A stretch of DNA of 56,482 nt, from positions 1 to 56,482 of IMG/VR virus record IMGVR_UViG_3300033485_000014; one strand, given 5' to 3'. Positions 1-8,390 of this stretch are shown piece by piece. The DNA is from a virus. Taxonomy: Duplodnaviria > Caudoviricetes. The notes under the pieces were generated by a model. That model was not told the origin of the DNA. It worked only from the letters and a program-made list of their open reading frames with translations, and ran no database searches. The position numbers and the translations under genes were made by a program. The number at the start of each line of letters is the position of its first letter. Positions within the stretch are counted from its first letter, which is position 1.

Positions 1-127
1 GTATGAGGCGTGGCGGCGGGGGGATGAGCGATGTGAGCGTGGCGATATGTGACGATGCGCGATTGATGCTTGCGTATGAGAACGGAGGGACGTAGAGTGA
101 GGTGGAGAGAGGGAGAGAGATGATGGC
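1..127 (+). repeat. Left inverted terminal repeat, 127 bp
   Basis: Bases 1..127 are the exact reverse complement of 56356..56482; identity stops after ...GAGAGATGATGGC. Confidence 0.97.
70..98 (+). promoter_or_regulatory. sigma70-like promoter in left ITR
   Basis: TTGCGT (70-75), 17-bp spacer, TAGAGT (93-98), then a purine-rich RBS region and ATG at 120. Confidence 0.6.
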
Positions 128-368
128 AACCACGAACCACAGCGAGCTTCATTTAGCACTTCGAAATCTCGGTTGGCACGAAGACCGCCGCGTGAGCGGA
201 ACGGTTTTCTTCTATTCGCCCGCGGACGTGGTCGAGCGCATGATCCAGACCGTACCGTCGCAGTCCGATGTCGCGCTGTGTCAGGAGCGGGGTGGCGGAC
301 GCTCAGTGACCTCGCTCGAAGAAGCTCTAGCGTGGGCGACCGCGCACGAGCGCGCAGCGGGGCGGTGA
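120..368 (+). CDS. Early hypothetical protein (start codon inside ITR)
   Basis: ORF with GGAGAG RBS downstream of the ITR promoter. Confidence 0.65.
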   Translation: MMATTNHSELHLALRNLGWHEDRRVSGTVFFYSPADVVERMIQTVPSQSDVALCQERGGGRSVTSLEEALAWATAHERAAGR

Positions 369-424
369 GTGACGCTGGGCTCCCGCGGGAGCTGGACAGA
401 GAGCGGCAACAACGGAGGACGAAG

Positions 425-652
425 ATGATGACGCACGAAACTGACGAATCTTTTGCGGAGCGAGTTAAGGCAGCAACAGGAATGGATCTGAGCGCTATCG
501 ATGAAAGCGCTTGCGGGCGGGATGCGCTGTTTCCCATCTTGTGCGCTCGCAGTACGCCTGTCCACCACGAGTATGTGGTGGACCTACGAGAGGCAATCCA
601 CCCCTACGGGGGTGACGTGCAGTACATGCACGTGGTGGTCCCTCGCGCCTGA
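425..652 (+). CDS. Hypothetical protein
   Basis: GGAGG RBS upstream; part of the rightward early gene string. Confidence 0.6.
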   Translation: MMTHETDESFAERVKAATGMDLSAIDESACGRDALFPILCARSTPVHHEYVVDLREAIHPYGGDVQYMHVVVPRA

Positions 653-685
653 ATGAGTACTCACAGCACGCATCCCGCCCCGGTC

Positions 686-711
686 CGCCCCGAGCCCCGG
701 GGCTCGGGGCG
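686..711. repeat. Perfect 26-bp GC-rich palindrome
   Basis: CGCCCCGAGCCCC|GGGGCTCGGGGCG, intergenic, directly before an AGGAGG RBS. Confidence 0.9.
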
Positions 712-725
712 TTAGGAGGCACGAG

Positions 726-929
726 ATGACTAGGACCGATAGAATCATCAGTCACGTGGAGAAATCCAGGCACGCGGCGGACGCAGCGTGGAGCGCCCTG
801 GATGCGACTCCCCGGCCGCTGACCGATCTAGCGCGCCGCGGACACGATCGAGCGATGGCTCGCCTGGACACGTGGCTGAGATTGCTCAGCCGCGAGAACG
901 GCTACGGACCGGAGAGGTCTTGGCCATGA
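726..929 (+). CDS. Hypothetical protein
   Basis: AGGAGG RBS; ATGA overlap with the next gene. Confidence 0.65.
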   Translation: MTRTDRIISHVEKSRHAADAAWSALDATPRPLTDLARRGHDRAMARLDTWLRLLSRENGYGPERSWP

Positions 930-1180
930 TCGTCAGAAACGCAGCCAGTCCTGAGGGTATAGAGCCGCAGTTCTGGTACAGGACTTACGATGCCATCGGG
1001 TGGGAGCCGACGTCCACCGATTGTCGCGAGTTCCCGCCTCGCCTCGCCGCATTCGTAGAGTCGTCAGACGACGGAGTCGACGATCCCGACTCGGGGTGGC
1101 GAGAATGGGAGACTCCCGCGAACGCAGAATTCACGGTCACCCTCCCCGGAGGAGAAACGTCCGTCATTCTGCGGATGTAG
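926..1180 (+). CDS. Hypothetical acidic protein
   Basis: Translationally coupled ORF. Confidence 0.6.
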   Translation: MIVRNAASPEGIEPQFWYRTYDAIGWEPTSTDCREFPPRLAAFVESSDDGVDDPDSGWREWETPANAEFTVTLPGGETSVILRM

Positions 1181-1191
1181 CAGGTCCGCTA

Positions 1192-1392
1192 ATGCCCTAT
1201 CGATTCACTCGTCGCAGGGCGCTCGTAGCCCTACGCGATCGGAGCCACAGACTCCCGGACGATTACGCGCTGACCCGATCGGAGAAGCGAGCTGTCGTGA
1301 GCATCCTAGCCGCCGGGTACGAGTTCGTGCAAATGATGCAGCGGCGATCTGATTGTGCTACGTTGGCGCATCATGACGATGAGAAAGAATGA
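1192..1392 (+). CDS. Hypothetical protein
   Basis: Fills the gap in the operon. Confidence 0.45.
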   Translation: MPYRFTRRRALVALRDRSHRLPDDYALTRSEKRAVVSILAAGYEFVQMMQRRSDCATLAHHDDEKE

Positions 1393-1573
1393 CCGGAAGA
1401 TGAAGAAGAATGCGAAAACGAAACGGTGCGCGATCGTGGCCGACGTGCCCCCGGAGATGCTCGATGTCGTGCGCAAGGCAGCAGTTACTGATGATCGCAC
1501 GGTCGCGAGCTGGGTGCGGCGAGCTATCGCGAGAGAGCTCGAGTCTCACGGAGTGGGCGGCGAGCAGAAATGA
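1379..1573 (+). CDS. Ribbon-helix-helix (Arc/CopG-like) DNA-binding protein
   Basis: AIVADVPPEMLDVVRKAAVTDDRTVASWVRRAIAREL fits the RHH pattern; start uncertain. Confidence 0.65.
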   Translation: MRKNDRKMKKNAKTKRCAIVADVPPEMLDVVRKAAVTDDRTVASWVRRAIARELESHGVGGEQK

Positions 1574-1878
1574 GCCGTCGTCGCTCGTCGGCACCAGAGT
1601 CGGCACCGCTCTTCGCGAAGGCGAATGCGGCCGCTATCGCAACCGAGTCGCTCGTCGAATCCGCGAAGCGATGGGACGCACCGGTGACGAAAGTGGCGAC
1701 ATCGAAGGAGCCAGCATCGAAATATCACTGCTCGAAGTGCGGTTCCGAATTGGAGGCTATTGCTCCCTCGATCGAGCCGCCGTGGCCGTACGAGGGAATC
1801 GAATTGGCATGCCCGAAGTGTGAGGGTCCGCTCGAGTTGGTTGACGTAGTGAGGGGTTGGTACCGGAGGGCATCGTGA
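1570..1878 (+). CDS. Zinc-ribbon protein
   Basis: CSKC...CPKC pair. Confidence 0.55.
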   Translation: MSRRRSSAPESAPLFAKANAAAIATESLVESAKRWDAPVTKVATSKEPASKYHCSKCGSELEAIAPSIEPPWPYEGIELACPKCEGPLELVDVVRGWYRRAS

Positions 1879-2660
1879 GCGTCCTTCTCGTTGACCTCTC
1901 CTCCGTTCTTGTCCCTCACTACCACGCTCACGGCAAGCGCATCGGCGGCAACGACACGTGCGACTCGACCGTGTTCGCGATCAATTCGCTCGCGGCGGAG
2001 TACGGCCACGATGGCGTAGCAATCTGCTGCGATGCGCCGGGAGTGCCCACGTGGCGCAAAGAGCTGTGTCCGTCGTACAAGGCGGACCGGCCCCCATGGG
2101 AGGACCTGCTCATCGATCAATACGTCAAGGCCCGTGGCGCACTGGAGCACGGCGCCGGGTATGCAGTGTTCGTTGTGCCTGGGTTCGAAGGTGAGGACCT
2201 CGTTGCTTCCGTGATAGCAAAGCTGTGGAACTCACCGAATCTGCGATTCGTCGTCGCTTCGTCGGATAAGGATGTGGTGCAAATGATCTGCCCGCGCGTG
2301 ACCGTATGGTCACCCGGGAAGAAACGCTTGCTCGATGCCGCCGCCGCACTCGAGATATACGGTGTTCGTCCGAATCAGATCCGCGACTACCTATGCATGA
2401 CTGGCGATGCGAGCGATGGCATTGCGGGCATCAAGGGTATCGGTGAGGTGACAGCGAAGAAGCTGCTCGCGAAGCACGGTACGCTCGAAGAGATCTTGCG
2501 CGTAGCCGGCGGGCCAGCGGCGGCCGAGCTCGGAATCCCGCAGTCGAAAGTGGCCGCACTGCTCGCCGGTTCGGAGGCTGCTGACATAGCGCATCGACTC
2601 GTGACACTACGCAAGGACGCGCCAGTGGATGTGTCGAAAGTGAGAAGGGTAACGCGATGA
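1875..2660 (+). CDS. 5'-3' exonuclease / flap endonuclease (Pol I N-terminal-like)
   Basis: LLVD, WRKELCPSYKADR, GFEGED, SSDKD, and the H3TH motif GDASDGIAGIKGIGEVTAKKLL. Confidence 0.93.
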   Translation: MSVLLVDLSSVLVPHYHAHGKRIGGNDTCDSTVFAINSLAAEYGHDGVAICCDAPGVPTWRKELCPSYKADRPPWEDLLIDQYVKARGALEHGAGYAVFVVPGFEGEDLVASVIAKLWNSPNLRFVVASSDKDVVQMICPRVTVWSPGKKRLLDAAAALEIYGVRPNQIRDYLCMTGDASDGIAGIKGIGEVTAKKLLAKHGTLEEILRVAGGPAAAELGIPQSKVAALLAGSEAADIAHRLVTLRKDAPVDVSKVRRVTR

Positions 2661-2854
2661 AATTCAGCGGCAAAGTGGTTGGACCCGATCTGGTACAGAT
2701 TGAGCTTCAGTTTGGGCGTCAAAAGATCGTGATGCGACTGGCCGCTGACGAGGTGGCGTTGATGGGTGACTGCTTGATGAAGGTGGCGGAGGCGGCAGCG
2801 AAGGAGGCGGAGGACAACGTCTCGACGAATGCGGTCTTAAGGGTGATGTCGTGA
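2657..2854 (+). CDS. Hypothetical protein
   Basis: Coupled ORF. Confidence 0.55.
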   Translation: MKFSGKVVGPDLVQIELQFGRQKIVMRLAADEVALMGDCLMKVAEAAAKEAEDNVSTNAVLRVMS

Positions 2855-3210
2855 ACACCAAGATTCGCACCCCCTTTGGTGAATGGTCCGTCCCACGCGG
2901 GTTCGGTCGAGAGTACAGGCGTGTAGCGCGAGACCATGCCCACGTTCTCGCCAAGGGCAGCCCGGGAGAAGTCATCCGCCGGATTCAGGACATCCTAAGC
3001 CTGATCGGTTACGCGCCAACCGTTGCCGCTGTTGCGGACTGGGATGCGCGCAAACGAGTAGAGGCGTTCGTGTATGCGTCGAATGTGCACGCCCGAGCGA
3101 GCGACAATTTCATCCCGCGGCATCCACCGCTCTCATGGCTACCAGAGCCGTGGGACGGAGGATACGACAACTTCGGTGCGTTGCCGACTCCTATTGGGGG
3201 TTCCGCGTGA
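2851..3210 (+). CDS. Hypothetical protein
   Basis: Coupled ORF (GTGA overlaps). Confidence 0.6.
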   Translation: MNTKIRTPFGEWSVPRGFGREYRRVARDHAHVLAKGSPGEVIRRIQDILSLIGYAPTVAAVADWDARKRVEAFVYASNVHARASDNFIPRHPPLSWLPEPWDGGYDNFGALPTPIGGSA

Positions 3211-3404
3211 GCACCTCCGTCGGCTACAGCATGACCGATCCGTGTGCGCAATGCGGCGCCTCAGGCCCCGACCGATGGGTCGAGATCCGGCACACAGACA
3301 ACGGCGATGAGATTGGGGAGTGCATGCAATGCCGGGGGCTGACGGGCGAACGCACGGAGGCGCGGGCAGCGCCAAAGCCTGTGCAAGGAAGATTGTTCGA
3401 ATGA
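3207..3404 (+). CDS. Small zinc-ribbon protein
   Basis: CAQC...CMQC; C-terminal QGRLFE resembles a beta-clamp-binding motif. Confidence 0.5.
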   Translation: MSTSVGYSMTDPCAQCGASGPDRWVEIRHTDNGDEIGECMQCRGLTGERTEARAAPKPVQGRLFE

Positions 3405-4840
3405 CCGTCGCCGCCGTCCACCCCTACTCCGTAGGCTATTGCGGAGTCGTGATCGCGTCCGGAGATGCGCCGCCGTTCCAGGTCGTTGCCACCGAATCGC
3501 TGCCGGTGGGTCACCTCACGACCGACGGTCCGATTGCGCGCGGCAAGAATGCTCGTCGCGAATGCAGTGACGGAGAGGCGGCGGCGCTTGCGCAGACCGT
3601 CATGCGGCAATGCGTGAGCGCTGGTGTGACCCGCATCTTCGTTGAGGCTGGCGCATCGGTGGTGGGCGGCTCCGTGTCGCGTTGGGTGCAATCGCTCGCA
3701 GCAAGCAACGGAATCAGATGCGACGTAATGCCAGCCAGTCCCACTGGCCCTCGCCGCCGCCTGAACATGCATGGGCTGTTCATCGGCTGGCCAGCGCAAA
3801 GCTACACGTCGATCGAGGGCGCTGCCGAGCTGCTCGTAGCAGGGATGAGCGGAGAGGTGCCATCGATCGAGGGAGCTCTCGACCTTCCGTCACTCGACGG
3901 AATGAATGCAGATCAGGACGCGGCGGCAACCACTTTCTTTCCGGAGGCTCCTAGCGCTGCGCCTCAAGCACAAGAGGTGCCCGCGGAGCCTCCCACCACC
4001 ATCCAGTTCACAGGCCCGTGCCGCGCGGGAATCGACCCCGGATCGCGATGGGTTGCCATAGCGATCGCGGACGCAACCGGCACCGTCGTTGCGTGGCGCT
4101 CGTTTGAGGTGGGACACGATCGGCCGCTAGTGAAACCGAAGACGATCAAGCGGAAGGATGGGACCACATACCAGCGCGCAGTCGAACATGTCATCACGTC
4201 TGATGACATCGACGATCTCATCGCGAAGATCGATGAGCTACTGCGAGCATTCGGAGTCAATCGAGCGGTTGTTGAATGGATCGAGCACGCTCGAGTCCCG
4301 GTCAACAATCCAGCGGTAGCCATTGCTCGCGCCACCGAGATCGCTCGTGCGCAATGGGTCGGTGGCGAGATCTGCAGATGGTGCAAGGCGCTGGCGCTAG
4401 TCGACACCGTCATCGACGTGGAAACGGTCGTCTACAAGCAATGGGCTGGTCCCATCTCGCGGGCCTCGACGACGAAGGACATTCGAGACAAGATTCGGCC
4501 CGCCGTGCTTCAGGCGTGCCCGCAGATGACAGCAGCTGATGAGCATGAGCTCGACGCCGCCGGTATCGTCCTGTGGGACATGATGCCAGCAAAGACCGAA
4601 CCTGCAGTGACGGAGCGGAGGCACGTCCGCGCGCCAGAAGGAAGCTACGACAGGGCCGCGGCGAAACGGGAATCGATGCGAGCGCTAGCGGAGCGCAACC
4701 GAGCAAGGAAGCTAGCTGACCGAGCGGCGCGGGGATGCTCGTGTGGACTGAATTCGAATCATCGGAAGACGTGCCCACTGTATGTTCCGCGCAAATACAA
4801 GGCGCAGATGGGGCTACCGTTTGGTAGCAATGAGGAGTGA
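3401..4840 (+). CDS. Tandem RuvC/RNase H-fold protein (degenerate N copy, intact C copy) with C-terminal Zn motif
   Basis: C copy: GIDPGS...VVE...HELDAA; N copy aligns (AVHPYS, VGH, RIFVE, VGG..SRW, EGAA); CSCx5HxxxC tail. Confidence 0.75.
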   Translation: MTVAAVHPYSVGYCGVVIASGDAPPFQVVATESLPVGHLTTDGPIARGKNARRECSDGEAAALAQTVMRQCVSAGVTRIFVEAGASVVGGSVSRWVQSLAASNGIRCDVMPASPTGPRRRLNMHGLFIGWPAQSYTSIEGAAELLVAGMSGEVPSIEGALDLPSLDGMNADQDAAATTFFPEAPSAAPQAQEVPAEPPTTIQFTGPCRAGIDPGSRWVAIAIADATGTVVAWRSFEVGHDRPLVKPKTIKRKDGTTYQRAVEHVITSDDIDDLIAKIDELLRAFGVNRAVVEWIEHARVPVNNPAVAIARATEIARAQWVGGEICRWCKALALVDTVIDVETVVYKQWAGPISRASTTKDIRDKIRPAVLQACPQMTAADEHELDAAGIVLWDMMPAKTEPAVTERRHVRAPEGSYDRAAAKRESMRALAERNRARKLADRAARGCSCGLNSNHRKTCPLYVPRKYKAQMGLPFGSNEE

Positions 4841-5343
4841 CGATGTACTGGTATCGCGTAGAACTCAATTCGAGCGGCAACTGTATCACGTGCACGCAAC
4901 TCGAGCAGTGCGGCGCTCCTGAAGATCCGAATATTTTCTACGTGTGGGCGCCCGACGAGCAGCGAGCGAAAAATACGGCCTACGAGGCATACATAGCGAA
5001 TCATCGCAGGCTCTCCAACGAACGGCGTGTCCGCCTGAAGGCTGAGAGGAAGTGCACTCAATGCGGAACGGATATGCCGAAAGGGGACGACAGGGTAAGG
5101 TGCGGCACCTGCCGCGAGCGCGAGTACGATAACAAGCAGCGGATTGCAGACAGGAAAGCCGGCAAGGAAGTGGTTGCACCATCGAAGCGCATCGCATTCG
5201 CTGAAACGAAAGCGCTCCGGGAGCGAAAGCAGCGCGGAGAGGTGCTGATCGAAGTGCGAAAAGCATGGCGCAGAGCGCAGACCGACGAGCAGTTCTCGGC
5301 TTGGCTCGATGCGCGAATCAAGGAATGTGAGGCATCTCAATGA
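4837..5343 (+). CDS. Zinc-finger hypothetical protein
   Basis: CTQC...CGTC with basic helices. Confidence 0.6.
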   Translation: MTMYWYRVELNSSGNCITCTQLEQCGAPEDPNIFYVWAPDEQRAKNTAYEAYIANHRRLSNERRVRLKAERKCTQCGTDMPKGDDRVRCGTCREREYDNKQRIADRKAGKEVVAPSKRIAFAETKALRERKQRGEVLIEVRKAWRRAQTDEQFSAWLDARIKECEASQ

Positions 5344-5681
5344 GCGGACGATGGGGCTATATTGAAATTATGGGACATCGAAGCCACTTCGGTCTCGTGT
5401 CGGAGATTGATCGGTTCGGAACCAAGATGGCTCTCGTGCAGGTGCCTGACGTGAGCAACAATCCGTCGTCGTTCGTCGCTGAATTCGAATACGGCGGCTC
5501 GGCCGTCTTCTCGTTCACTGTGATGACGGAGGAAGCTGTCAAGACCAGGCTTAGGGCAGAGGCCGAAGCAGAGCGCAAGCGCAAGGAACGGGAGGCTGAG
5601 TGGAATAAGCAATTCGAGATTCCGCAGCTGACCGACGGAGATGACGACGAAGACGAAAAGGATCTCTCTGACACATTTTGA
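5340..5681 (+). CDS. Phage hypothetical protein
   Basis: Coupled ORF; EIMGHR...G motif; acidic tail. Confidence 0.65.
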   Translation: MSGRWGYIEIMGHRSHFGLVSEIDRFGTKMALVQVPDVSNNPSSFVAEFEYGGSAVFSFTVMTEEAVKTRLRAEAEAERKRKEREAEWNKQFEIPQLTDGDDDEDEKDLSDTF

Positions 5682-5689
5682 GGAGCATC

Positions 5690-6295
5690 ATGAAAACACC
5701 TGAAGAATGGGCTGGCGATATCGCTGAGGCACGATCTGACTTCCCCTTCGTCACTTTGCGACAGCTGCTCACTGAGCATGTCCGACAGATTCAGAAGGAG
5801 GCTTTCGAGGCTGGAGAGAACAGCGCGCTGAAGGCGTCAACGAGATCTCTCCGGTCTCAGCTGGTCGAGTTTCACGCAGCTTTTGACCACACCGTGAATA
5901 CGGTGCCAACGATCCCTAGCGATGAGGACGTGCGGTTGCGAGCTCGACTGATCATCGAGGAAGCCTTCGAGGCTCTTGAGTCGATGTTCGACGAAGCTGA
6001 CGGTCGAACTGAATTCGATAGACATAAGCGGGAGGTGCTAAAGGAATGCTCGTTTGGCCGAGTCAACGTCGACATGTCTGATCTGGCCGACGCGCTAGGA
6101 GATATCGACTACGTCGTTGAGGGCACTCGTCTCACGTTCGGAATTGACGGCACTCCGATCGCCGTCGAGATCCATCGGTCCAACATGGCCAAGGTGGGCG
6201 GCGTCAAGGACAAGCATGGCAAGCTCCAGAAGCCCGCTGACTGGACACCTCCGGATATCGAGGGCGAACTCCGCAAGCAGGGGTGGAAGGAGTAG
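5690..6295 (+). CDS. MazG-like / PRA-PH family nucleotide pyrophosphohydrolase
   Basis: LIIEEAFE, LADALGDIDYVVEG, EIHRSNMAK, GKLQKP motifs. Confidence 0.88.
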   Translation: MKTPEEWAGDIAEARSDFPFVTLRQLLTEHVRQIQKEAFEAGENSALKASTRSLRSQLVEFHAAFDHTVNTVPTIPSDEDVRLRARLIIEEAFEALESMFDEADGRTEFDRHKREVLKECSFGRVNVDMSDLADALGDIDYVVEGTRLTFGIDGTPIAVEIHRSNMAKVGGVKDKHGKLQKPADWTPPDIEGELRKQGWKE

Positions 6296-6298
6296 CCC

Positions 6299-7621
6299 GT
6301 GTCCGATTCCACCAAGCGAATGATCGACGCTAGGCGCCGGAAGATCGACGCGCCCCCGATTACGCCGTCGACCATCATCGTCAACGCTCAGCCAGCAAAG
6401 CGCGCATCGATACGCAACTTCATGTCGGAAGGACCCACCGAAGATGAGGGCGAAGACCAGTCCGAGCGATGGGGAAACATCCTGCTTCAAGCCCAGGCAT
6501 TTCACTCCAACCCACACATGGGCAACTTGCTGTGGGTTGATTCACGGTGCGTCGCCGCCGGCATGCACCCCATGGATGAAGTCTGGAAGCGACACTTCTG
6601 CGACTTCTACGAAAGCGGCAAGCGAATCGACGCCGGTCGCTTCGGTTTGCGAGCCGCGAAGTCCGACTCGTGCATCAGGGCTACCGTCGCAGAAGTCCTG
6701 ATGACGCAGCGGCAGCTTGAGCCTGGTCAGGCCGGCGTGTGCCCGATCATCTCTGCGAACATGTCCGAGGCGTCTGACCGGTTCGACACGGCCGTCAAGG
6801 TTCTGGCCGCATGCGGCCTCCGTGAGGCCAAGCGCAATCTGAAAGACAAGTTCGGATTCCAGCAAGCGGGCGGCGGCACTCAGGGTCACACGATCTTCAC
6901 GTTCGACTCGCAAGGGCACCCCGTCGAGATGCGGATCTATTCGTGCTCGGTTGCTGGCGTCATTGGCTACACTGGCATCGCCGGCTTCTTCGACGAGCTT
7001 GATAAGTGGGGGAAGGACCTCGGGGCGAACCCGGCCGAGCGAGTGATGGATCTCGCCTTGCAGCGATACACTACGCAACCCACTGCGCGAGTGCACGCAA
7101 TGAGCGCTTCGTACTTCGAGAAGTCGTATCACCGCCGAATGATCGATGAGGGCGACACTCCGTTGCAGCGTGTCGCAAGGCTAGGTCTGCTCGGGGCGCG
7201 CCGCGACGAGGAGTCGCGGAAGCGGCTGTACGAAGAGATCAAAGACGACCCCGCACAGAAGGGCAATCCGGATCTGGAGCTGCTACTCGAGCCCGCGGAC
7301 CCAATGTCTGTTGACATTCCGTGCTGGGTCACGAATCCGGTCGCTCCCATCGAAGAGTGCTACAAGAGCAACAAGGGCCGAATTCGGCAGATGCTGGCAC
7401 TGAGCGGAGGCCGGGCTGCATACAACGTCGGCGTGGCCGGGGTAGTCAATTTCGACGGTCTGGCCGAAGCGAACCTACGCTTGCAGTCGAGCGACCGAGG
7501 TCGCGAGCGCACAATCGACGGCGCAGAGCACCGGTACATGGGCGACGTCGGGAGATGCTACGATGGGCCATCGCATGACCCGAGGTCGTTTTCGCACGGG
7601 AGAGGGAGAGGAGTGTTGTAG
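6299..7621 (+). CDS. Terminase large subunit-like packaging ATPase, apparently lacking the nuclease domain
   Basis: Terminase-type Walker A variant GRFGLRAAKS, ANMSEASDRF, Walker B GFFDE, coupling motif MSAS, PCWVTNP; only a short tail follows. Confidence 0.7.
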   Translation: MSDSTKRMIDARRRKIDAPPITPSTIIVNAQPAKRASIRNFMSEGPTEDEGEDQSERWGNILLQAQAFHSNPHMGNLLWVDSRCVAAGMHPMDEVWKRHFCDFYESGKRIDAGRFGLRAAKSDSCIRATVAEVLMTQRQLEPGQAGVCPIISANMSEASDRFDTAVKVLAACGLREAKRNLKDKFGFQQAGGGTQGHTIFTFDSQGHPVEMRIYSCSVAGVIGYTGIAGFFDELDKWGKDLGANPAERVMDLALQRYTTQPTARVHAMSASYFEKSYHRRMIDEGDTPLQRVARLGLLGARRDEESRKRLYEEIKDDPAQKGNPDLELLLEPADPMSVDIPCWVTNPVAPIEECYKSNKGRIRQMLALSGGRAAYNVGVAGVVNFDGLAEANLRLQSSDRGRERTIDGAEHRYMGDVGRCYDGPSHDPRSFSHGRGRGVL

Positions 7622-7627
7622 CTTCAA

Positions 7628-7837
7628 ATGCTGATTCATCTGCTCAAACTACTTTGGTTGCGCATTCAATACCTCCTGCATCCAAACGCCTTTCACAGAT
7701 GCTCCGTGTGCGGTCAGTCTGACCGACACAGCGACACGTGCCTCGCTTGCACCTGCACCCTGTGCGCTTGGCGGTATGAATGCCCATCGGCGTGGGACAT
7801 GTACAATAGCGACGGTGATTGCTTGGATTTGAAGTAA
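7628..7837 (+). CDS. Small Cys-rich protein
   Basis: CSVC, CLACTCTLC; coupled to the next gene. Confidence 0.5.
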   Translation: MLIHLLKLLWLRIQYLLHPNAFHRCSVCGQSDRHSDTCLACTCTLCAWRYECPSAWDMYNSDGDCLDLK

Positions 7838-8271
7838 TGCGCAAACTCAAAACCCTTCCCCCAATGCACTGCGATCCGGGCTGCGGAGACTGTTGCGGCC
7901 CGGCGCCGTGCACGGAATCTGAGTATCAGCAGATCGTTCGTTACATCGATCGCAACGGCATCATCCCAATCAACGGCGGGCTCACGTGTCCGCTGCACAT
8001 CAATGGTCAATGTGCTGTCTACGACGTGCGCCCGCTCACGTGCAGATTGTTCGGCCACACCGAGCGGATGCCATGTCCGCGAGGGCACTCGGTCTTCGTC
8101 GACGAGCGCCAGATCGAGCGGATGTGGCGAGCGCACGGGAAAGCGACGAGGTTGCCACACGAGCTCATTCCGGGATTGATCGAGTGCCTGCCAGAGCTAT
8201 TCGAGCGCGAGCGCGAGGCTATCACGCCATCGTTCCGCGAGCTGCTCGCGAATAGAGGGGTCAATGTGTGA
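7837..8271 (+). CDS. YkgJ-family (CxxCxxCC) Fe-S/Zn cysteine-cluster protein
   Basis: CDPGCGDCCG, CPL, CAVYDVRPLTCRLFG. Confidence 0.85.
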   Translation: MRKLKTLPPMHCDPGCGDCCGPAPCTESEYQQIVRYIDRNGIIPINGGLTCPLHINGQCAVYDVRPLTCRLFGHTERMPCPRGHSVFVDERQIERMWRAHGKATRLPHELIPGLIECLPELFEREREAITPSFRELLANRGVNV

Positions 8272-8355
8272 CGCAACGAATTGGATCTCGATGTAGGTGC
8301 AGTAGTGAAAGCTCGCACGAAAGTTGATTCGATGTCTCGCGCTCGCTGGAGTTAT

Positions 8356-8371
8356 TACGTCGAATGACGTA
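8356..8371. promoter_or_regulatory. Inverted repeat (possible operator) next to a TATAGT -10-like element
   Basis: TACGTC-GAAT-GACGTA in an AT-rich intergenic stretch. Confidence 0.35.
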
Positions 8372-8390
8372 TAGTATAGATGAGGCAACG

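Noticed and set aside
3401-4840. TnpB/IscB/Cas12-like RNA-guided nuclease
   Set aside because: RuvC motifs are compact and resolvase-like; no HNH or split-RuvC layout recognised; the gene overlaps both neighbours, leaving no room for a guide RNA or array
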